Source: Lytechinus pictus (Eukaryota). From it: DNA of 64,000 nucleotides. Numbering within the stretch: the first letter of the stretch is position 1; each line of letters starts with the position of its first letter. The notes beneath the pieces are model-generated. The model did not search any database. It saw only the letters and a program-made list of their open reading frames with translations, and was not told the DNA's origin. The stretch is from positions 49,353,358 through 49,417,357 of the forward strand of contig NC_087251.1 in assembly GCF_037042905.1 (NCBI RefSeq), in the 5' to 3' direction. Below are positions 26,266 to 35,620 of this stretch, one piece after another. The position numbers were made by a program, and so were the translations under genes.

Positions 26266-26534
26266 AATAACAAATTGGGCTCTTTGGAACAAGTGAATGG
26301 CTCCCTAACAAATTGGGCTCTTTGGAACAAGTGAATGTCTCAAAGGATTTCATTTGATCCCTGATCTGCTTTTTGAAGCAAGGAGTGTAAAATGATTTTC
26401 TACAGCTAAATTTGATCTATCAATTGTATAATTGTAAGAGAAATTTGCTATTGATTGCAAATGTTTTCTTACCACACCCCCTTAGACAATTGCTCAAGAT
26501 AATCTGAATGAAAGAAAAAGAATTGTGATATCAA

Positions 26535-26790
26535 CACATGGTCTAGTTGTTCTGACACTCTCCTTCCAAACAGAGGGTCGTGGATTCAAATCCTAGCCAT
26601 GGCATGTTTTCCTTCAGTAAGAAATTTATCCACACTGTGCTGCACTCGACCCAGGTGAGGTGAATGGGTACCCGGCAGGATTAATTCCTTGAATGCACGA
26701 GCGCTGAAAGGCCGGGGTAATAATGATAACAACGCGCCTCGGAATAGATGTTTCTAGATAGATGGCGCTATACAAATGCCTATTATTATT
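26535..26790 (+). mobile_element. tRNA-derived SINE
   Basis: A-box tggtctagttg, B-box gattcaaatcc, core ccacac...ctcgacccaggtg...aatgggtacccgg, and gcgctatacaaat...(TAT)n tail. Shares core and tail with the element at 46783-47076. Confidence 0.75.
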
Positions 26791-26854
26791 AAATTCATTT
26801 TGCATCTTGAAAACTCATTGTTTAAATTTATGATGATATTTTGTTGTTGTCCAG

Positions 26855-27003
26855 TTCCAGGGATGTCAGGTGGCATGGCATACAGTCCTGACGGTCAGCC
26901 TATGGGTGGATTCATGATGGACGGTCAACCAGGACCCCCCATGCACCATCACCTTCGACCTCCGGGGTCAAACGATTGTGACCCCAGACAGCATCTTTAC
27001 TGA
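26855..27003 (+). CDS. MEIS: Meis C-terminal coding exon
   Basis: Acceptor ttgttgttgtccag (alternative ttccag 6 nt later). The phase-1 join gives VPGMSGGMAYSPDGQPMGGFMMDGQPGPPMHHHLRPPGSNDCDPRQHLY*. The Y-x-PDGQPMGGF-x-MDGQ motif is typical of the Meis C-terminus. TGA at 27001-27003. Confidence 0.9.
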
Positions 27004-27048
27004 GTAGATGTAGATAGAGATAGATGATGCACACGCCTCATAGCTATG
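27004..27048 (+). other. MEIS: Meis 3'UTR portion of the stop-containing exon, ending at a strong splice donor
   Basis: atg|gtaagt consensus donor with GT at 27049-27050, 45 nt after the stop. Confidence 0.6.
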
Positions 27049-27070
27049 GTAAGTTACTCAATTCAATTAA

Positions 27071-27325
27071 AAGGGAAGGTCACCCTGACGAAAAGTTTGT
27101 TGTAAAAATAGCAGGAAAAAAGTGATAGAAAATACGACATTTCATTGATTTTTTACCATATGATATGTAGCAATGCTGCTTGCATATGATGTCACAAATC
27201 AAATGATCAAAACTCTAATAACTTTTTTATTCTTTGATGGATTTTTCTCAAACTTTCGCCAATATTTTTTATTATTGTTTCTGCTATTTTTACCATAAAC
27301 CTTTTTGTCAGGGATAACTTCCCCT
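27071..27325. mobile_element. Short Kolobok-like MITE
   Basis: TTAA on both sides. Imperfect TIRs aagggaaggtcaccctgacgaaaag / ctttttgtcagggataacttcccct. Confidence 0.75.
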
Positions 27326-27482
27326 TTAATTGATATTCAATTCAAATTCAGCTGTATTTAGTCACACGCAAAATATAAAGATGGTAAATTAATAATGCTG
27401 ACCTATGACAAAAGGAAGCAACTCTATAGAATGAGTTTCTTAGTAAATGAGGAACCTGTGTCACAATTTTATGTAGAAATAA

Positions 27483-28041
27483 CCCAGGGGAGGGGGGGGG
27501 CACTTACATTGACGAGTGGATACCATGCGCGACCAAAAAAAACACGTAAAGAGGATGTCTTTTTCAAGATGGGCACGTTACGTACTTAACATAATAAGGG
27601 TGTCAAAAACACAAAAATAATGAAAAATGGTATCTATTTTTGCTAGGAAGGCTACGTGTTTAGGGTCAAATTTGCGAGGGTTTAAAAAATTAAGACTAAA
27701 TGTTTTATAAAGGATGTACTCTTTGCCCCAAGAGTCAACACTACGTGTTAAAAGTACGATTTGCGCGAGGTGTGGCTGTACTAAATCTAATGATGTAGGT
27801 ATCGGTAAAACCGACGACCGACGACCGTGACATAACAATTGAAATATTGTTGTACTTGTTTAGGGGTTTGATTCATGGAATACTTGCCAATAGTATCGTT
27901 TTGTTTCTAATAATTGTTAAGGGTGGGGTTCACACGCCAATACTTGTTAAGAGGTGCATTTTCAGAATATGGAAAATATGTGTTTAGGGTGCTTTTCGAG
28001 ACCCCATGGTCGCGCTCATCAATGGAAGTGGCCCCTTCGGG
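27483..28041. mobile_element. MITE with CCC...GGG termini and 2-bp (AA) flanks
   Basis: ccc-aggggag(G)n-cacttacattgacgag pairs with ctcatcaatggaagtggccccttcggg. Internal catgcgcgacca / tggtcgcgc inverted match. Confidence 0.7.
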
Positions 28042-28775
28042 AAAAATATATAACATTTATTTGGTTTTTTATCACATTATATAAGAAATCAAAATATCAA
28101 CATATTGAGCGATTGTATTGGAAATCGTCAAAGAACATCAAATTCCATGCATTATGATTGATTGTTTTATACACAAAACAAGATATTGTACTCTATAAAA
28201 CTTGAAAGGAAATACATATAATCCAAGACTGGAAGCTATTCCACAGTGCTGTTTGTCATATTGGCTTGATGGGGAAGCCCACGTTCCATTCATTCACCTG
28301 TCAACCCAATGTCAAGGTTACCCCCAGTCCCACATACTGGCATTTCCTGTTGGATCAGTTGCTTAGCTGCTGTACCAGGGGGGGCTAACCTGTAGTCCCA
28401 CACATTACCGTTTCCTGTACCATGTTATATCTTACTTAGCGTGTCTGCGGTTGCCGGTTGTTGCCTCGCGGAGTTCCGTTTGTTTACATGAAGTGAGGCT
28501 ATAGCTGTTGGGTCCCATCATGCTTCTGTTACATGGCAAATAAGATAAACTGTTTTTGTGTCGTTTGTGATAGAGATTGCCCTCAACTGCCCATTTCCTG
28601 CCCATCGAGGTTACTAATAGTGGTTTGACCCCGACCTCTATGTCATTGTCAGAAATATGAATCTGGTATGACTCTGCAATATTGAAAGAACTAGTGTGAA
28701 AGTTTGGAATGGTTATCTTTATACTAGCATTTAACATCAGATCCCTCATTTTTGTCTCACCTGCATAGCAGAGTG

Positions 28776-29667
28776 GAGCCTCTTGTCGAGGCCCTGGCGG
28801 CTGCTTCCCGAGCGAAGCGAGCGATATAGCGAAGTGCAGCGAGCCAGGGCCTCTTGACATCTGAGCCGAATTTCACCGACTTCCATTTGTTTTTACCAAT
28901 ATTCCGACCAAAAACTGGTCGGTGAAAATCATTCAATGAGAACGCGGGATGCTATGACGTCATATTGAATATTCATGAGCTCATCTTGAATGGCGACCCG
29001 TTCTTGGCGAAGAGTGATGACGAAATATCAAAGAGCATTGAATATGCCTCTAAAACGCTGAATATATTGACCGATTTAAGGATTTGCAAGTCGATGAAAT
29101 TAAATCTGCACTGAAAGGACAAGATTTTTTTGTAAATCTACCCACAGGAAATGGAAAAAATGTAATCTGTCATGCGATTCCACTATGCGTCGATAATCGA
29201 TCTCTGCGGTGCAGTGAGGGAATGCTGGAGTCGAGTTGTTCGGCCTTGGTGCTTCCCCTTGACTCGAGTCTGACCAGGCCGATCTCCCGGGAAGTTTTGG
29301 GGTGGTGATGGGTCTGTTACGGCTAGTAGTAGTAGTAGTAATACCACTACTTGTAGCATTTTGCTGGTTATATCCCCTTTAGTGTCCCGCAATTAAATGA
29401 ATCCCCTGCAGAATAGTGGACTACTAGTATTCCGAACCCCGGACGAAACAACTTCAAGTTTGACATTTCATTAATTTACTAGGTGACCGGTAATATAGTC
29501 ATGACTCATGTATATTCATTAGGAAGACGCTTCTCATGAATATATAATTCGGCTCAGATGTCAAGAGGCCCTGGCTCGCTGTGCTCGCTAGGCCTAATTC
29601 GCTTTGCGAATTAGGACATCCCTCGCTTCGCTCGGGAAGCAGCCGCCAGGGCCTCGACAAGAGGCTA
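28776..29667 (+). mobile_element. Non-autonomous AcademH-like DNA transposon
   Basis: TIRs of about 95-120 bp ((g)agcctcttgtcgaggccctggcggctgcttcccgagcgaagcgag... / ...gaggcta), 9-bp TSD agcagagtg (28767-28775 and 29668-29676), internal RecQ-like helicase fragment. Confidence 0.8.
28990..29271 (+). pseudogene. Frameshifted N-terminal remnant of a RecQ-like superfamily-2 helicase inside the transposon
   Basis: IDRFKDLQVDEIKSALKGQDFFVNLPTGNGKNVICHAIP resembles the RecQ Q-motif plus Walker A (LPTGxGKS), followed by a degenerate motif Ia (SALVLPL). The upstream ATGGCG is out of frame. Confidence 0.75.
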
Positions 29668-31011
29668 AGCAGAGTGAGACTATAGGCGCCGCTTTTCCGA
29701 CGGCGGCGGCTGCTGCGTCAACACCAAATTTTAACCGAAGGTTAAGTTTTTGAAATGACAGCATAATCTAGAAAGTAAATGGACCTAGTTCATGAAACTT
29801 GGCCATAAGGTTATAATCAAGTATTACTGAACATCCTGCCTGAGTTTTAGGTCACATGACCAAGGTCAAAGGTTATTCAGGGTCAATGAACTTAGACCAT
29901 GTTGGGGGAATCAACATCAAAATCTTAACCTAAGGTTAAGTTTTTGAAATGTCATCATAACTGTACATCCTGCCTGAGTTTCAAGTCACATGACCAAGGT
30001 CAAAGGTCATTTAGGGTCAATGAACTTTGGCCAAATTTGGGTATCTGCTGAATTACCATCATAACTTTGAAAGTTTATGGATCTGATTCATGAAACTTGG
30101 ACATAAGAGTAATCAAGTATCACTGAACATCCTGTGTGAGTTTCAGGTCACATGACCAAGGTCAAAGGTCATTTAAGGTCAATGAACAGTGACCATGTTG
30201 GGGGTATGTGTTGAATTACCATCATACATGTATCTCTGTAGGTGTGTGTATTGGTCTAGTTCATAAAACGTGGACATAAGAATAACCAAGTATCACTGAA
30301 CATCTTGTGCGAGTTTCAGGTCACATGACCAAGGTCAAAGGTCAATGGACTTTGGCCATGTTGGGGGTATTTGTTGAATTACCATCATAACTCTGTAAGT
30401 ATATTGGTCTAGTTCATAAAACTTGGACATAAAACTAAGAGTCATCAAGTATCACTGAACATCTCATGTGAGTTTCAGGTTGCAAGGTCATTTAAGGTAT
30501 TGAACTTTGGCCATTTTAGAGGTAATTATTAGATTGCTGTCATAACTTTCAAAGTTTATAGATATAGTGTATAAAATGTGGATATAGGGTTAATCAAGTT
30601 TTAGGTCACATGATCAAGGTCAAATGTCAATGAACGTAGTATTGTATCATTATATGAAAGGTGTGTTTTGTGAATAATTATTTTAAAGTAGTTTTCAAAG
30701 TCAGCACTGCTGCTATATTGAATCCTGTGGTGCAGGTGAGACAGCCAGAGGCATTCCACTTGTTTTTCATTCTATTCCAATGTGCTTCTGAATTCAAGGT
30801 TATGTTCATGCCATTAAGATTTGGCATGCAGAACATGGTTTTAAGTTTGCAAAGGAGAAAACAGGAAAGTGCTTATTAATATCAAAATTCATTATCATTC
30901 CTGGAGTTTATATGGCTATGAAGCTTCTCTAGAACAAGATTGTAAATTTTACTTCATATTCATGCTTTTCCTTAACATTTTCCTCGTTCTCTCTTTCCCT
31001 TTCTCATGCAG

Positions 31012-34000
31012 AATATAAAACAAGCAGCTCTCTATGATTGGACGCAGAGGGCCGTCATGTGATTTGGATGGCCTTCACTGATTGGCTGAGCTGCACTTCA
31101 TTTCAACTCTACCTCTCTACTGCATATCTCCCCCATCCCCTCTACATACACTGTGATAGTCTAACGCACTGTCATATTCTTGGTCGCTACTGGCAGTGGT
31201 AATCACCCTCAGCACCCTTTCTTCGTTGTCAATAAAAGGAGATAGACTTCCTCTTGATGATATCTTCAAAGACTCCTAGAATTCCAGATGATACCTATTC
31301 CTAGATGCAACTGCAATCATGACCTGATGACCTCAAAGTCACAATAGGTGTCAGGAAAATGGCCATCATTGAAGATGAAACTGACCCTCTTTGGTGCTCG
31401 GAATTGGACTCACAGAGCAAGAGCCATGAGCAAAAGATGTCAGCTGCGGTTATTGCAGATGTTCCGGCATCAGGAGACCAGCCATCGACATGTGTTTTGT
31501 TAGAGTTTTAACAAGGACACTCTGGAAGTGGTCTTTGGTCAGGGTATCAGTCTCATGTTAATGATGTCAACCAGAAGATGCAGAAACAACAGTTTCAGAA
31601 AACATATCATCCTTTGGACGTTCTTGCAGTGGTCTTTTGGTCAAGGTATCTTTCTGATGTTGATGACAAACAGAGAAGGCAGAGACTGCAGCTTCTTTCA
31701 CAAAATAGATCATGTGGACGTTCTGACAGCAGCCTCATGGTCAGGGTATCTCTCAGACCTGGATACCAACCAGAAGAGGCAGAGACAGCAGTTTATTTCA
31801 GAAAATGATCTCTCCCATGGTACAAAGAAATGTCTGAGATTCACTCAGACTCCTCACTGGTTGTAATGGTCCTTCTTCTCTCCAGAAACCTCTCTTGAAG
31901 ACATTGGCATATCTATTATGGCCATGCCAAATCTGTCTGTTTCCAGCAACATAAATCACTAATTGACCGTTATGGATGTGTACCAGTATTTGTGTTACAG
32001 TGTAGCATGTTACAGAAGCAAATCATTCAAAGAAAAATTCCAACATCCCAAAAGAGGTTTCCAAGAAAACAGAGCTTGATCTATCCCCCTAATCCACCAG
32101 TTGTATTGTACATATGTAAATCAGACTGGATTGAATTTGAACTTTAAAAAAATCCTTAATTACATTGATAGCCGATTAAGTATGAAAAGGAGGTTTTAAA
32201 ATGAAATCACTGTGCCAAATACTTGTGGAATGCAAAAGAAAATACCAAAATTATATATTTGTGAAATCTGTGGAGTAGTATGAAAATCTCATTACAGAGA
32301 TAAACAGGAAAAGCATAGGTCTAACTGCCACTAGTTATATATTATACATAGAATTGTATAGTGCAAACGTGGGCACACCGATTTCAAGTTAGACTGAATC
32401 CTTGGTAGATTTAATAGAAAAATGGTCAACATTTTGTCATAGTTTGTCTCAAAGTGTCTTGAAATTATGATCAACACTGAATTTTGTTTATTCCTTCTGG
32501 TTTTTAAGTATTACTTTGAATTTTCAAAACACTGTTGATTCTTCATAATGTGCTGCATTCTCTAGCTACTTTCAATGTGATGTTCCATTGCCAGTGAGTG
32601 CTTCAGATATTGATTTTAAAATGAGTGCTTAAGTAATTGATTTAAAATCATAAAAATAGGCAAAGAACCTTTGTTTTATAGATAGAAACAATATAGCTGA
32701 CATACAGCAATGATACAAAGCCTGAAATTAATTCCAGGGTCCAGTACTGGCACAAAGGTTTGCCATGGATTGCAAAATATGAAAGAGGAATTCTGATTGG
32801 TTCCTGGTCACTGTCATGATATAAATGTGTTCCCAACAGTGATCCTGATTGGCTATTGTTGTTAGACTATTCATTGCATACCTTTATGTTATTACATGGA
32901 GCCCAGATACTTTTGTCCAGTGATGTTGTGTTCTTTGTTAACTGTAGTCAGGTTCTTTGTGGGGATAGGGATGGAGACTTGGGGAGTGTTTCAAGAAGCA
33001 AATAGTCACTGACTACCGTTATAAGCTACTGAAATCCTTGCATCTGATTGGCTGAGTGCAAATTAGTCAGTGGAAATCACTGGCGAAATCTCTTCATGAA
33101 ATACTCCCTTGGGGAGTATTCCTTGAAGCATCTTTTCATTAATTTTTCACTAACTTGCTCTGAGCCAATCAGATGCAAGGATATCAGTAGCTTATAACAA
33201 AAAATCAGTGAATATCACTGACTATATGTTTAATGAAAATGCTCTCCAAATTAAAGGTCACTGGTATCCATTTTTGTGTGTGTGTGCTTCTTTTTTTATG
33301 AGATATTGGTAAAGCCACTCTTGGCTATATGCGATGTTGTAATGCAACAATACGTTATTTAAGTGACAGGTTTTTATAATTAAAGGTTTGTTGAAAATGT
33401 AATCAATTATCTTGGGATTAAGGATGATTTGGTCTTGAGTTTCTAATAGTCCCCCACCTCCACACTTTTATTAAAAATTTTCTTTTAGTGGCCAGTGATA
33501 TTATCAGGCAGGTCTTATTCTCTCTCATTTATATTCAATTTTTTTTCTTCAAATTTTACTGCTCTGTTTCCATTCAGTTTTATTTTTCATAGGGCATGAA
33601 AATGTATTTCCCAATCTTTATATTACATTTTATGAGTGTCCTAGTTGTTTTGCGGTATAGCTATCTTTCCCATCCCTATTTATGTATTTTGTTTGAAAAA
33701 TACAAAGGCTGAAACCGTAATACTCAGAGAAAAGATTGAGGAATTCACTGTCACACTTCTATTTATTAATTTTCTCATCATTGTGTACCTAGCACGTGAA
33801 AATGTTTATATTTTAGTCTTTGATATTTAAGTTAAGTTGGGTTTTTCCAAGTTCTTTGAGTATTTCATTAATTTTCCAATTTATAAGCAATCATTTCTTT
33901 CTCTCTATATCATGTCTCATCTCTTACGTACACCAAGCACAATTGGGCCTCTTTCATGAAATGTGTTGTAAAATTCTAAAAAAAAGTCCTAAAATTTGTC

Positions 34001-35620
34001 TCAAAAAATATTTTTCTGGTACCTGTGTTAAGTTGTATAATCAATCTAATGTGGCCTTGCAAGAAAGCTGTGATAAATTACAAATCTTTTTGGGGTTCTA
34101 AGTAATTTTGTATGTTTTGCGATTAATTAAACAGTTGCAATCGATTGTTGCAACAAGGAATGTAAATTAATTTTATTCCAACAATAACTGATCTGTCACT
34201 TTTAAAATTGTAGTAAAAATTTATTAATAAATATTTCATTTCAACATCCTTTTTGTTGGCTTGGCTTTGGTTCAATGGTTTGACATAAGATGGGTGCTTA
34301 TGGGTACCTAACGTGTCAAATCTACCAATACACTCAAATTAGGAGTACTTGTCACTTATAACACATATCGTGAAACAGGCTTCACGCATGTTAATGCCCT
34401 GTGCTTCTTTCTTGCCACATTTTCAAATTTTTAAATTTTTTGAATTAATTTTTAAAAATTTAATCCTTGAACCTTTTTCTCTTTTAAAAAGAGCTAGTGT
34501 ATGTTTTTATGAAAAATTTATCTAGATTTCAAATCTGCTTTCTTTCTGTAACTTCATCTCTATAAGAACTGATTGTGCTTAATACTAATTGTGGAAGGTG
34601 ACTCTTTAAAGTATTTATATGTTGGCAGCTTAATTTGGTATTTTATGATGAACTTATCAAATAAAACATGCATGCAAGGGCAAGAAAAAGTAGGTACTTA
34701 TACGATGGAGTTAATAAATGTCCTTTGGTCCTCATTCAGCCTTATTGCACTCACATACATAGCAATGCTGGTAATTCTACCAAAGTTGATTTTGCATGAA
34801 GTTGGACTATTCTGCTTGATTCAGAGTTGTAATACCTCATATGAGATGATTTGTTCTTGATTGTAAGCTGTTTCTTTATTCCATACTGATTCAAACATAG
34901 TCTTCGTTTGACAGTTTCTTGGAATCAGAGTTGCTTAATATTTCCTTCACGCAGAAAAAACAGCAGCTCGTGCTAAATCTTGGGGATAATAATACTTGCA
35001 CTTTACATCCCCCGGAAAAAAGTGGTAAATGAATCCACTTAATATTATTTTAGGATAAATTACAAAACGCTCTGTTCTTTTCAAGATTTGTGTTTCGTAT
35101 TTTGAATTTTCTTTCTTTCCGTTTTTTGAAGGATAGTGTATGGAGGCTTGGGTTTGTTTTTATATTAAGGAAATGAAGTTGGTGAAAAAAGGAGATGCCA
35201 TTCCACTGGAAAACTGTGAAACTAGTATCGCGATGCTGGTTGACCACCTTCCACCCTTCAAAAAGATTTCTTGCCAAATGACTTTCATTTTGCTTCATTC
35301 TTTGTTGTATTTCATCACTGTCATCTTAGTTTTAACTTTCTTTCTAAATTGCATTCTGTTTGTAAAACAGATCCGTGCTTGTACAAAATTTGACATTTCT
35401 ATTTATTCCAACAATCACATTTTTTAATACTACTATCTAAAATAGATCAATGTATTAGATTGTTGAAAATGTATTACCTCCTGATGGATAGATGTAGACT
35501 AGATAAGCTGTTTTTATTTGAATAGAACAAGTCTTGTCCGTCACCTGTTATGAGTGTAATACAGTCATTTATTGAAATGAGCTCTGGCTTTAGAAATAAA
35601 AGAAAGTCATTTCTTTTTTC
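31012..35620 (+). other. MEIS: Putative terminal non-coding (3'UTR) exon of Meis; 3' end uncertain, may extend to about 37450
   Basis: A pyrimidine tract of about 45 nt ends in tgcag at 31011. No long ORF follows; the sequence is TE-poor and U-rich. AATAAA at 31231, 35595 (followed by a T/GT-rich downstream element) and 37435. Confidence 0.45.
32979..33249. mobile_element. Two short MITEs in opposite orientation forming an inverted repeat of about 270 bp
   Basis: 33018-33053 matches the reverse complement of 33163-33198 at 35/36 nt. The symmetry centre is atactccc-tt-ggggagtat near 33110. Confidence 0.75.

Larger units (their letters stand above)
28749..30763 (+). mobile_element. Helentron-associated non-autonomous element (HINE/DINE-1-like), interrupted by an AcademH-like insertion
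   Basis: 5' subTIR tgtctcacctgca with an adjacent inverted partner (gcagagtgagac), (GGC)n microsatellite, central tandem repeats, 3' subTIR tgcaggtgagaca (30731-30743) and a short GC stem, with T-run flanks and no TSD. An uninterrupted inverted copy lies at 49687-50468. Confidence 0.8.

Noticed and set aside
26965..26972. Splice donor after RPPG, as in vertebrate Meis
   Set aside because: The only GT is phase 2 with a weak context (gg|gtcaaa); read-through to the stop at 27003 is more parsimonious.
29084..29308. Functional host RecQ helicase gene
   Set aside because: Short, frameshifted, Walker A altered (GKN), no downstream motifs, and enclosed by TIRs and a TSD.
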